From NCBI GenBank assembly GCA_002746535.1, contig NVWA01000005.1, positions 22,047 to 86,046 of the forward strand: a DNA stretch of 64,000 nucleotides, read 5' to 3'. Of the stretch, positions 10,803-20,591 are shown one piece after another; within the stretch, counting starts at the first letter, position 1, and each line of letters opens with the position of its first letter. Under the pieces are notes generated by a model. The model had not been told where the DNA came from. It saw nothing but the letters and a program-made list of their open reading frames with translations, and ran no database searches. The stretch comes from Planctomycetota bacterium (GTDB lineage: Bacteria; Planctomycetota; GCA-2746535). Both the position numbers and the translations under genes were made by a program.

Positions 10803-12122
10803 CTAATCGAGAGAATCTAAATTTAATATTTGAGACAATTGAGTCAATGCCACTTTACTTTCTTCATAAAGATTAAAACCCATTAAATCTTCAGGCAATA
10901 ATTGATCTCTATAATGCTCATTTACCCACTTCACCAATTTTTCATATAAGGCTTCAGTTAACATTACACCCTGATGAATCGACTTTAATTCTTCTTCATT
11001 TAATAATACCCTTAGTCGCAAACAAGCGGGACCTCCCCCGTTTTTCATACTTTCTTTCAGCTGAAGAAACTCAACCTTTTTAATGGGATTATCTTCTTTA
11101 ATAATTCTTTCAATAATTGGAGTAATAATATGACTCTTACATTCAAAAGGAGCCAATAAAATCATTTCACCCTTTTTCAAAGTAATTAACTGTGAATTAA
11201 AAAAATAACTTTTAACCGCATCTTTGAGGCTAATTTCATTTTCTCTAATTTTTATTAAAAATAAATCTTGATTATATTTTGCTTTAAACTTGGCATTTAA
11301 ACTAGTTGCAATACTTTTATCTTCAAATGCAAAGTCATGATAAAGCAAAACATTTTCATTACCCACAGAAATAACATCGTTATGAAATACGCCGGAATTT
11401 ATTGACTGCAGACTTTGTTGAATATAAACAGTATCATTTGACTCAATTAAATGGTTTCTAAAAATTGATTCACAAGCCTCTTTACTTTGCCGTGCCGGAT
11501 ATTTTCCAATAAAAGGTTGATCAACAGATTTACCGTAAACAAATACATTGATTCCATTTGTAGAATGATCAGGAGATAATCTAATAAAATTAGCGGCACC
11601 TTCATCGCTAAAATTTTCTAAACTTGGTAGAGGCTTTTCTACAGAAAAATATTCTGTGTTGTAAAATATTTTATTAAATAATGAATAATTAAACTCACAT
11701 TCAATACTTCTATGATTATGACTAATCAAGTTTGCAGGCGTTATATGTACTTTTTTATCCGAAGAATCATTTGAAGAAGTAATCGTTGCTGCATTTGCAA
11801 CCCACATGCTACTAGCTGAACTAGATTGATGTAATAGTAATTTATTTACTTGCCCAACTTCGCCAAGAATTTCTTCTACAGAACCTTTATACCCCAATGA
11901 TCTGAGAAAATTAATATCAGGTCTCGGTTGTGGAGGCAAAACAGCTTGCACAATTCCCAAATCCATAAGATATTTCATTTTTTTCAAGCCCTGCAATGCC
12001 GCAGAACGAGGATTAGATACCGAATTCAAATTAGATTGGGAAGCAATATTTCCAAATGCTAATCCACCATAATTATGTGTCGGGCCAACAAGACCATCGA
12101 AATTAACTTCACGATAAATCAT
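10803..12122 (-). CDS. astB: N-succinylarginine dihydrolase
   Basis: EVNFDGLVGPTHNYGGL, SNPRSAALQGLKKMK, SASSMWVANAAT, DEGAAN, GVFHNDVISV and SMKNGGGPACLRLRV. Start is probably ATG at 12122. Confidence 0.95.
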   Translation of the reverse strand: MIYREVNFDGLVGPTHNYGGLAFGNIASQSNLNSVSNPRSAALQGLKKMKYLMDLGIVQAVLPPQPRPDINFLRSLGYKGSVEEILGEVGQVNKLLLHQSSSASSMWVANAATITSSNDSSDKKVHITPANLISHNHRSIECEFNYSLFNKIFYNTEYFSVEKPLPSLENFSDEGAANFIRLSPDHSTNGINVFVYGKSVDQPFIGKYPARQSKEACESIFRNHLIESNDTVYIQQSLQSINSGVFHNDVISVGNENVLLYHDFAFEDKSIATSLNAKFKAKYNQDLFLIKIRENEISLKDAVKSYFFNSQLITLKKGEMILLAPFECKSHIITPIIERIIKEDNPIKKVEFLQLKESMKNGGGPACLRLRVLLNEEELKSIHQGVMLTEALYEKLVKWVNEHYRDQLLPEDLMGFNLYEESKVALTQLSQILNLDSLD

Positions 12123-12377
12123 ATATATTCTCAAATGCTAAAACAAATAAATTTTAGCAAAGTCTCCTTCTTTTTCTACAATATCATCAGCAGTTCTATG
12201 CAGTTAAAATATCAAAAAATTAAATGAAATTAATTTAAATTCAAACATCGAGAAACACATTAAAGCACTACTTTATACTTCTAGAACTAAGCATTTTTAT
12301 TAATTATAAATAGTCATTTTTCTATTGTCTATATTTATCCATTTTTCTATTATAAATAAGTATTTTAAACATTTAAA

Positions 12378-12455
12378 ATAGCAGATAAAGCTTTTTGCGT
12401 TTATGCTGAGCCTTCAGGTTGTGGCAAGTCAACAACACTTCGAATGGTTGCCGGA
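12378..12455 (+). pseudogene. Fragment of a MalK/UgpC-family sugar ABC ATPase (Walker A region)
   Basis: Manual translation IADKAFCVYAEPSGCGKSTTLRMVAG matches I.DKEF.VFVGPSGCGKSTTLRMIAG. There is no start and no rest of the ATPase. Confidence 0.8.
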
Positions 12456-12501
12456 TATGACTGTTCAAAAGAATATAGGATTTGGCCTCAAGATTCGCTG
12501 A

Positions 12502-12819
12502 TTCCTACGTATTTATTGGCACATTATGCTACAACTTATTCGTCCTACCATTGCCACGATTGCTATTTATACTTTAATGGCAATCTGGAATAATTTCATG
12601 GAACCCCTCATCTTTCTAAATGATGATCGACATTACCCATTAGCTTTAGGAATGTTTAAATTCAGTAATGACAGTGAGGGAGACATAAGCCTACTAATGG
12701 CTGGATCATTTTTGATGATAATTCCCATTTTATTGATGTTCTTTTTCTTCCAAAAATATATTATCAAAGGTATATCGCTGGGTGGTTTAAAGGATAACTT
12801 AATTATTGAAGAAGAATAA
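12502..12819 (+). pseudogene. C-terminal fragment of a carbohydrate ABC permease (MalG/UgpE-like)
   Basis: FLRIYWHIMLQLIRPTIATIAIYTLMAIWNNFMEPLIFL...LLMAGSFLMIIPILLMFFFFQKYIIKGISLGGLK. An in-frame TGA at 12499-12501 precedes it and the N-terminal two-thirds are absent. Confidence 0.8.
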
Positions 12820-12822
12820 AAG

Positions 12823-13839
12823 ATGAGTGTGTGGTCCAAACAAAAAGTAAATGATTGGCAAATGGAACAACCATATTTTATCGGCACAAACTTTTATCCC
12901 AGTACTGCCATCAATCAATTAGAGATGTGGCAAGAGGATTCATTCGACCCTATAACGATCAAACGCGAATTAGAATATGCCCAGAAAATTGGCATGAATC
13001 TAATGCGTGTTTATCTACATGATTTACTTTGGGATCAAGATAGCAAAGGGCTATGCGAAAGAATTGACCAATATCTTTCCATTGCTGATAATCTTGAGAT
13101 CAAAACCATGTTTGTCCTTTTTGATGATTGCTGGAATCAAAATTTTTCTTTAGGCAAACAACCTGATCCAAAACCTTATACGCATAATTCTGGATGGGTT
13201 CAATCACCTGGAGTAAAAGTTGTTAATGATTCGACCAAATGGCCTCGTCTAGAAAAATATGTAAAAGGTATTCTTGAACGATATAAAAGTGATGAACGTG
13301 TTGCCGTGTGGGACCTTTATAATGAGCCGGGCAATGGGAAAAATGGTGATGATAAAGGCGAAGATTCGAATCAAGGAGATCGCTCACTTCCTTTTCTTAA
13401 AACCGTTTATAATTGGGCTAGACAAGTACAAGGTTTAGCACAACCTTTAACAATTGGAATTTGGAAACTATTTAAACAATACAAAGAACTAAATAAATTC
13501 GCCCTGGAAAGTTCAGATATAATAACCTTTCACTCCTATGATCCCCCTCAACAATTAGCCAATAAAATAAATGACTTAGCACAACACAACAGACCTATGA
13601 TATGCACTGAATACATGGCTAGAGGCGTTGGTAGCACCTTCGAGTACTGCTTGCCCATTATGAAAAAATATAATGTCGGCGCTATTTCATGGGGCTTAGT
13701 TGCTGGAAAATCTCAAACCACCTATCCGTGGAAATGGAACCCTAGCAAAGGAGAACCAGATATTTTTTTTCATGATGTCTTCAAACCAGATGGAACTTTC
13801 CTATATTCAAATGAAGAAAATATTTTCAAGCAATTGTAA
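12823..13839 (+). CDS. Glycoside hydrolase, clan GH-A (GH5-like / cellulase family)
   Basis: RVYLHDLLW, FVLFDDCWN, acid/base WDLYNEP, ITFHSY and nucleophile ICTEYMAR. No signal peptide. Confidence 0.8.
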   Translation: MSVWSKQKVNDWQMEQPYFIGTNFYPSTAINQLEMWQEDSFDPITIKRELEYAQKIGMNLMRVYLHDLLWDQDSKGLCERIDQYLSIADNLEIKTMFVLFDDCWNQNFSLGKQPDPKPYTHNSGWVQSPGVKVVNDSTKWPRLEKYVKGILERYKSDERVAVWDLYNEPGNGKNGDDKGEDSNQGDRSLPFLKTVYNWARQVQGLAQPLTIGIWKLFKQYKELNKFALESSDIITFHSYDPPQQLANKINDLAQHNRPMICTEYMARGVGSTFEYCLPIMKKYNVGAISWGLVAGKSQTTYPWKWNPSKGEPDIFFHDVFKPDGTFLYSNEENIFKQL

Positions 13840-13844
13840 CATTC

Positions 13845-15179
13845 CTAATTACAGTATTCATCAGCAATGGCAATCGTCTTTGATATTATTTCGATACCTT
13901 CATCAATTTGCTCCTCGGTTATGATCAATGGTGGAACAATAAAGATCCAATTCCAACGAACAAAAGTAAACATACCAAGTTCTCTGATTTTTGCGGCCAT
14001 TTTATTCGTGGCTTCCATATCACCGGCTTTAGCATTCCAAGGTGTTAAGGGCTCTTTAGTGTCGCGGTTCTTAACTAATTCTATACAACCAAATAAACCA
14101 TTGTTTCGCCAATCTCCTATGGAAGGATGTTTTTCCATTAAGGTTTCAACTTTTTTATCAAGATAGAGCCCCATTTCAGAAGCCCGTTGATTCAAGTTTT
14201 CTTCTTCATAGATATCTAAAACAGCATTGGCACAGGCACAACTCACGGCATGTCCAGAATATGTCAGCCCAAGAGGCATCATCATTTCTTCATATGCCTC
14301 GGCAATCTTATCGCTTACAATTAGGCCACCAAGTGGCATATAACCAGAAGTAAGTCCCTTAGCCATACAGATCATATCAGGAACGACATCATGATGTTCA
14401 ACCGCAAACCATTTACCAGTTCGGCAGAAACCACTCATGACTTCGTCATCAATTGTTAATATACCAAACTCATCTGCAATCTTTTTAACGCCCTTCCAAT
14501 AACCTGGTGGGTATTTAATAATACCTGATGATCCGCTCTCACCTTCTAATAATATAGCCGCTATATTTTCTGGTCCTTCGAATTCGACTATGCGTCTAAG
14601 ATGGGCGAGTGCTTTTTCATTACATTCTTCAAGAGAGCTTGTTCCCCAAGGACATCTATAAAAATATGGATCTTCAAAATGTACAATTCCTGGTATTTGA
14701 TACATGTCAACCGACAATTTCCGAGGGTCTCCACCTGCTGACATTGCACCATGAGTAGCTCCGTGATAAGATCGATACCTACATAGAATTTTATGGCGGC
14801 CCGTATAATGTCGAGCGAGCTTAATGGCATTTTCAATCGCTTCAGCACCTGCATTAGTAAAGAAAGTATGATTGAGGTCTCCAGGTGCAATGGAAGCTAA
14901 TTTTTTTCCCAACAAGCCACGTGATTCTGTTGCCATCCCAGGAAAAACATAACTCAATTTTTCCATTTGTTTAGTAACAGCCGCTGTAACTTTCTGATTA
15001 CCGTGTCCAATATTTACACACATTAATTGAGAGGAAAAATCTAAATATTTTTTACCATCAGTATCCCAAAAATAGACCCCTTCAGCTTTATCAGCAACAA
15101 TAGGATTTAATCCGGCCTGTTTTGCCCATGAAAACAAAGTGTAATCTAAATTAAATTTCTTAATTTCGTCCGTATTCAT
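13845..15179 (-). CDS. Class III PLP aminotransferase (omega-amino acid:pyruvate type)
   Basis: YLDFSSQLMCVNIGH, FFTNAGAEAIENAIK, YRSYHGAT, IDDEVMSGFCRTG, MAKGLTSGYMPLG and GLTYSGH. Confidence 0.9.
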   Translation of the reverse strand: MNTDEIKKFNLDYTLFSWAKQAGLNPIVADKAEGVYFWDTDGKKYLDFSSQLMCVNIGHGNQKVTAAVTKQMEKLSYVFPGMATESRGLLGKKLASIAPGDLNHTFFTNAGAEAIENAIKLARHYTGRHKILCRYRSYHGATHGAMSAGGDPRKLSVDMYQIPGIVHFEDPYFYRCPWGTSSLEECNEKALAHLRRIVEFEGPENIAAILLEGESGSSGIIKYPPGYWKGVKKIADEFGILTIDDEVMSGFCRTGKWFAVEHHDVVPDMICMAKGLTSGYMPLGGLIVSDKIAEAYEEMMMPLGLTYSGHAVSCACANAVLDIYEEENLNQRASEMGLYLDKKVETLMEKHPSIGDWRNNGLFGCIELVKNRDTKEPLTPWNAKAGDMEATNKMAAKIRELGMFTFVRWNWIFIVPPLIITEEQIDEGIEIISKTIAIADEYCN

Positions 15180-15917
15180 TTCTTCTCCTTCTTAAGAAAA
15201 CATAACGGCAATAAAGTAATAAAATAAAAGTAAATGTATATCAAAAAATTCTTTTTCTTTATAAGAAAAGTGCCCATTAATCAAGATATTTTGATACAAA
15301 TTAGCCGTTAGGAATACCTAGCTACAATGACCATTTTTGTCTAAAGGATTAATCTAATTTTACTAAAATAAAAATATCAATTTACTATTAAGACAAACAA
15401 TAAAAAACAGATTTAATTAAGTTTAAAATGATTTACAATCGCTTGTTCTTTAGAAAAAACGCCATAAAATCCTCACTTTGAAACAAAACAATCTCTAAAA
15501 TTCAAACGACAACCGAAAGTACCCCGCAATGAAAAAATTGTTTTGTGTTATTTCACATATAATCTAGGATCGAGAATAGCATTTATCTTTCGAACGTTTT
15601 AGATTAAAGCTAGTAAACCTAATCGACAATTTACTTGTGTTGATGAAAGAAAAGCCAGAGTTCATCTTTCATTTAGAAGCACAAAGCATTAGTGTAGAAG
15701 ATTACTTAACTATCCACCCATCTAAAGAAATAAAGTTTGTAAATATATCCCAGAAAGTCGAATTTTAATTGAACCATGGTACGTGAAAAATGATTCTTAT
15801 TTAACAAGTGTCAAGTCCTATATAAGGATGTCATTATTTACCTACTATTTAGAACTTGACACCCAGTGTTGAACCCCTGAGCTATTTAATATAACCCCAT
15901 TAGGGAAAACAAATCAA

Positions 15918-18779
15918 TTATTTTCCTTGAAAGCAAATTATTTTTCCTTCTCGAGTTGAGATGAAAACTTTATTACTAGCTATGGACATTCCGTTCCAAG
16001 AGGCGTGTCCACTGATCGTGTATTTTTTTATTAGCTTACCGGTAGCTGCATTGAACACTCGTAGTTCAGGTTCTCCTTTGATGCGATAATAATATCCGAC
16101 AGCATAAACATGTTTATTTGTGAGCACGATGTCATCCATGACGAGCTCATTGCTTTCGTCTATCCAGGTAAAAGCTTTGCCTTTTTTAGTTTTAGCAAAA
16201 AAGGGAAGCTTGCCTTTGTATTCCCAGGCAGTACCCCTTTCATTAGAATAAGCAACCGTTAGCTTCGTATTAAAGGCCAACGTTTTGCCTACTGCTACGC
16301 CTGAGGAGAGTTTTATGGGCATTCTGTCTTCAAGATTTCGAGGAGGGCTGACGCCTCCTGCTAACCAATTATCCATATTATGTTGGCCAGTTAAAGCCGG
16401 ACCTATTTTATTAGTATTCCGAAGTGCCAAATCTCCAGTGGCGGCATTTATTTGATTTTTTTTCATGAAAACAATATCAGGCCTTGAATCCTGGACGAAA
16501 ATGTCAGGAGCCGTATATTTAAAAACGTGTCCCATTTTTGGGTTGAAATAAGTTTTAGCCCAGACGACTTTTCCCGTTTCAGGCTTAAAGGCCAGGGCTC
16601 GGATGCCACCCAAGGTTTTTATATCGATTCCACAGGATACGTAAGCGATGCCTGCTTTTGAAATCATGACATCTGAAACGACAGGCCATTGGGATTCCAG
16701 TTTATCCTGTCCTCCGATTAATCTTTTTCTTGGCGTTAGAAGTAAACGGTAAATAGGTTTTCCTGTTTTAGCATCCAGGCACCAGACCCAGCCATCTTTT
16801 GATGTAAAGAGACACATGCCTTTATATAAAGTTGGTGATAAATCTACACGGGATCCAACATGGAAAACCCATTTTTCTTTTCCCGTGTTGATATCCAGGG
16901 CGACTATTCTTTGTGCTGAGATATCGGCTACAATAGCCAGACCCCAGGCAATAACAGGTTGCGTTAAGCCAAGTCTTTGTTCATGCATTTCTCCAAATGT
17001 TCTTCCACCTAAGCCCACCTTTGCTTCCCAGGCTAACTTCAGATTTGGTCCGGGACCTGAAACTGTCGCATTACTTCTTTGCACATTGTTTCTGAAAAGG
17101 GGCCAGTCTGTATTTTTAGTAGCTTCCGGTGAGCTGACTTTGCCTGAAAATTTTTCAAGAATCTTTCCACCTGGTTCATGATCAAACGTTATGTCTGCCG
17201 GACCAATGGCTGAAATTCCATGAAGCGGGCCTGCTTTACGGCTCGGTAAATTATAAGCCATGTTGTAAGCAAACTTGGTCCCAATGTGACAAGAGGGATG
17301 AGCTAGGTAGGTATATTCTCGCTTGCTTGTGTCTGGATCTACCCAAACGTTAAAAAAATAAACAAATTTGTTTCCGACGCCATGTATAACAGGTGCACAC
17401 ATGTTTGCTGTATAGGCGGTCCCGCTTTCTCGGATTCCTCCTGTTTGTTTCCCCGTTTTAGGGTCAACCTTTACCCAATAGAAATCACTCTTTCCCCCCT
17501 TGGGATAGGGATGGTACCAGCAGTCATAGAGTTCCCCCTTAATAATTTTAAACCTGGTTTTAAAAGGCTTTGGGGGTTTGGCTATATAGGTGGATGCTAG
17601 TTTCCCAGTTGCTAGTGAAATTGAATAAAGTTGACCACGATTATTTATATGAATATACATATCAGCTAAAAACATAGGGTAGTGCCAGGCAGCTTTAATA
17701 TCAAGTTGCCATATGACCGTTCCATCCTTTATTTTTACGGCAAGAAGTTTTGTGCCGCCATAATTATAGGCAATATCTCCTTTGAAAAGAGTTCTATAAC
17801 CCCATCTTCTTGTCCATTTTAATTTACCTTTAGTATCAACAACCTTCACCCATCCTGACCCATAAACAATAAAATGACCTTTTTGAAATGAAATTGATTG
17901 GACCTTACTTGCAAACGGATTTCCTTTACCAGGTAATTCGAAAATAACTTTACCTGTGTTTGCATCTAAGCCTACTACTTTAAATATATTCTTAGATTTG
18001 GCGATCGTCAAAACAACATCATCATCACTTATAGCTGATGAAGAAATACCTCCCCTTTTATCTGTAGTATAACCTAAATCGATGTTCCACAATACCCGAC
18101 CATTAAAAGCATCTCTAGCAAAAAGCATTTTTCGTGCACCAACGCCATCATTGGGTACTTCTAGACTTTCGGTATAAAGAAATTTACCCGCCCCAAATGT
18201 TAATCCTTTCCAACCAGGGCTCCACTGTGCTCTAGCTCCTGCCCGCCATTTTAAACTATTTGCCACCTTCCAGTTATCTTTTAGCTTACCACGCCCGAAA
18301 GCTTTCCAACCAGTCACAACCATACTTTGCATTACAAGTTTTTTTGCCTCAGCAGCATATGAAGGAGGTAGAGTTTTTAATAAAACAACGCCATCAGGAA
18401 CAAGAAGTCTATTTAGACTACTTAAAGTTGCTTTCCCCAAGGCAGCATTATTTTTAACAATAATTAGATTAAATAATTGTGAACCATAATCCTTTGTATC
18501 AAAACCAGATAAACGTACTCCTAGCTTTTCTCGTAATGGACTTTTAGCTAATTCATTTCCCCATGCAAAAGCTTTAGCCGAATCCTTCTGTAAAATCTGC
18601 ACATAAAGATTACTATTTTTAGCTAAGTCTTTCCCTAGCACCAAAGAATCATCACCAATAATAAGACAAAGGCCACTTGCCTTTGTTTCTTTCAAAATTG
18701 ATTGACCTGAATCTTGCGCTTGAAGCAATGGTGTAATAAGCAGAAAAAACAAGACCTGCACTGCTGTTGAATTTTTCAC
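15918..18779 (-). CDS. Secreted PQQ-like beta-propeller repeat protein with an N-terminal methyltransferase-like domain
   Basis: Signal peptide (PLLQA-Q). Repeats RDAFNGRVLW, GLDANTGKV, ALDINTGKEKW, CLDAKTGKP, AFKPETGKVVW and VFNAATGKL, plus WPLFRNNVQRS. N-domain GLCLIIG...FNLIIV...LLVPDGV resembles a SAM-MTase fold. Confidence 0.75.
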   Translation of the reverse strand: MKNSTAVQVLFFLLITPLLQAQDSGQSILKETKASGLCLIIGDDSLVLGKDLAKNSNLYVQILQKDSAKAFAWGNELAKSPLREKLGVRLSGFDTKDYGSQLFNLIIVKNNAALGKATLSSLNRLLVPDGVVLLKTLPPSYAAEAKKLVMQSMVVTGWKAFGRGKLKDNWKVANSLKWRAGARAQWSPGWKGLTFGAGKFLYTESLEVPNDGVGARKMLFARDAFNGRVLWNIDLGYTTDKRGGISSSAISDDDVVLTIAKSKNIFKVVGLDANTGKVIFELPGKGNPFASKVQSISFQKGHFIVYGSGWVKVVDTKGKLKWTRRWGYRTLFKGDIAYNYGGTKLLAVKIKDGTVIWQLDIKAAWHYPMFLADMYIHINNRGQLYSISLATGKLASTYIAKPPKPFKTRFKIIKGELYDCWYHPYPKGGKSDFYWVKVDPKTGKQTGGIRESGTAYTANMCAPVIHGVGNKFVYFFNVWVDPDTSKREYTYLAHPSCHIGTKFAYNMAYNLPSRKAGPLHGISAIGPADITFDHEPGGKILEKFSGKVSSPEATKNTDWPLFRNNVQRSNATVSGPGPNLKLAWEAKVGLGGRTFGEMHEQRLGLTQPVIAWGLAIVADISAQRIVALDINTGKEKWVFHVGSRVDLSPTLYKGMCLFTSKDGWVWCLDAKTGKPIYRLLLTPRKRLIGGQDKLESQWPVVSDVMISKAGIAYVSCGIDIKTLGGIRALAFKPETGKVVWAKTYFNPKMGHVFKYTAPDIFVQDSRPDIVFMKKNQINAATGDLALRNTNKIGPALTGQHNMDNWLAGGVSPPRNLEDRMPIKLSSGVAVGKTLAFNTKLTVAYSNERGTAWEYKGKLPFFAKTKKGKAFTWIDESNELVMDDIVLTNKHVYAVGYYYRIKGEPELRVFNAATGKLIKKYTISGHASWNGMSIASNKVFISTREGKIICFQGK

Positions 18780-19178
18780 TGTAACGCTCCATAAAAAATT
18801 ATATTTATATTAACAAAATTATGCAAATTTGTAATAACACTTAATATTATGGATAGACAAATATTAATAATAAATAAGTTAAAAGTCCTGTCTATATTTG
18901 ACTATTTTTATATCAAACTAACTCTCTTAACTTTTAACCATATTTTTAAATGTTCAAAATTAATTCACGTTAAAATACTATTGAAAATAGATTAATTTAC
19001 TGAAATTCCTAAAGCATATAATTATCTACACACCAATAGAAAAATTAAAGCAATAGATACCTCCGCGGAGTATTGATTATTGGATCCGTACGCTAAAAAA
19101 TATAGTGGGCTATGCTGTCAACTAGAGATGATCCTAAGAAGGCAAACCGAATTCATTACTTTGAAAATAAAGAACCTA

Positions 19179-20591
19179 CTAATTCTTAAGTAGGTTCGCC
19201 CCTAACATTTCAAGGCCCTGTAATGTCTCATCAACATCATCAATTGAGATGTCTGGATTTAAAAAAGCAATTCGGAAAAACAGATTGTTATCTAATTCAG
19301 AATAATTAATTAAGGTCTTGCCTTCATCTACCATTTTGACTCTTAAACTTCTATTAAACTCATTAATTTTATCGGCATTGGTTATTCCATCAGGAATGTA
19401 TTGAAAGCAAACAGTTATTCCAGATGTCACATACGTTTGATCAAACACAATTGATTTTTCAATATAACTTCTTGTGTGTTCAGCCAATTCAAATAATCGA
19501 TCAATTCGTTTTTCATAACCAGCATCACCATAATAAGACCATGATGTCCAAAGTTTTAAGGAATCAGCACGACGACCACACTGTAAGCTAGATTCACCAA
19601 TATTAATTTCTTCATCATCATGGAATAAGTATTCTGTATGTTTACTTGAATTTGATTTCAATAAAGCATCTGAAGATTTCGTGAGCAATACTGAACATAT
19701 CAAAGGAATAGACATCATTTTGTGAGGATCCCAAGTCACTGAGTCTGCCAATGAGACACCATCTAACAAATGCTTATGCTTATTGCTTAATAAACTCGAG
19801 CCACCACAGGCTCCATCAACATGAAACCATAAAGAATAGTTGTTTGCGATTGCCGCAATCTCTTCCAAAGGATCAAATGCATTTAAAACCGTTGTTCCTG
19901 AAGTACCTGCAACAAAAAAAGGAATGGTATCTTCTGCCAAACTTTTAATGATTTCTTTTTCTAAAAGCTCAACTTTCATTTTACCGAGTTGATCACATGG
20001 AATTCTAATTAAATTATCCATGCCTACACCAATCACATTCACTCCTTTAATAAAAGAATAGTGACTGTGCTCCGATACAAAAACTCTTAAAGGCTTGCTA
20101 TTACTTAGGCCTAATTCTTTGCTGTTTTTCACCAAAGAATTTCTCGCACACAACATTGCCACCATATTTGCGTTACTTCCACCAGTAACAAACTGACCGC
20201 CCCCATTTTCAAATCCACAAAGTGAACTCATTTTTTTAATCAGTGCTAGCTCCATCAATGTTGCCACGGGAGCTACTTCAAAAGTATATGCGGATGCGTT
20301 ATTAATAACCGAAGTCAATTCTCCTAATAATGCCGGTAAATTTGACCGAGCAAACATTTGATTATAAAAATTTTTATGACCCGTTTTTGTACTGAAATCT
20401 AAATATTTTTTCAAATCATCTATGATTTCATTTGGCTCTTTAAGGTTACTCCCAATATTAAATTTAAAGATTTCATTAAGTTCAGCGGATGTAGCTTTTG
20501 GTCGTACAAGTGTGTCTGAATGATTTAGAGAATCAATGTAACTACCAGCAATTTTATAAAACTGATCAAGATGTTTTTGTTCAAAAGTCAT
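19179..20591 (-). CDS. Group II PLP-dependent decarboxylase (GAD/CSAD/GADL1-like)
   Basis: FYNQMFA, YTFEVAPVATLME, HSHYSF, WFHVDGACGG, SVTWDPHKMM (PLP Lys) and QCGRRADSLKLW. Confidence 0.88.
   Translation of the reverse strand: MTFEQKHLDQFYKIAGSYIDSLNHSDTLVRPKATSAELNEIFKFNIGSNLKEPNEIIDDLKKYLDFSTKTGHKNFYNQMFARSNLPALLGELTSVINNASAYTFEVAPVATLMELALIKKMSSLCGFENGGGQFVTGGSNANMVAMLCARNSLVKNSKELGLSNSKPLRVFVSEHSHYSFIKGVNVIGVGMDNLIRIPCDQLGKMKVELLEKEIIKSLAEDTIPFFVAGTSGTTVLNAFDPLEEIAAIANNYSLWFHVDGACGGSSLLSNKHKHLLDGVSLADSVTWDPHKMMSIPLICSVLLTKSSDALLKSNSSKHTEYLFHDDEEINIGESSLQCGRRADSLKLWTSWSYYGDAGYEKRIDRLFELAEHTRSYIEKSIVFDQTYVTSGITVCFQYIPDGITNADKINEFNRSLRVKMVDEGKTLINYSELDNNLFFRIAFLNPDISIDDVDETLQGLEMLGANLLKN

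Noticed and set aside
13845-15179. Calling the aminotransferase AstC because astB is nearby
   Set aside because: The motifs (SSQLMCVNIGH, GLTYSGH, MAKGLTSGYMPLG) fit omega-amino-acid/BioA-like class III enzymes, not ArgD/AstC.
15918-18779. PQQ-dependent dehydrogenase call for the propeller proteins (also 49931..56380)
   Set aside because: Only the structural repeats are visible. I found no vicinal Cys-Cys or other quinoprotein active-site motifs and no pqq genes.
19051-19075. GC-rich palindrome CAATA-gatac-CTCCGCGGAG-TATTG as an IS200/IS605 end or REP element
   Set aside because: It is a single copy in the window, with no transposase remnant recognised nearby.
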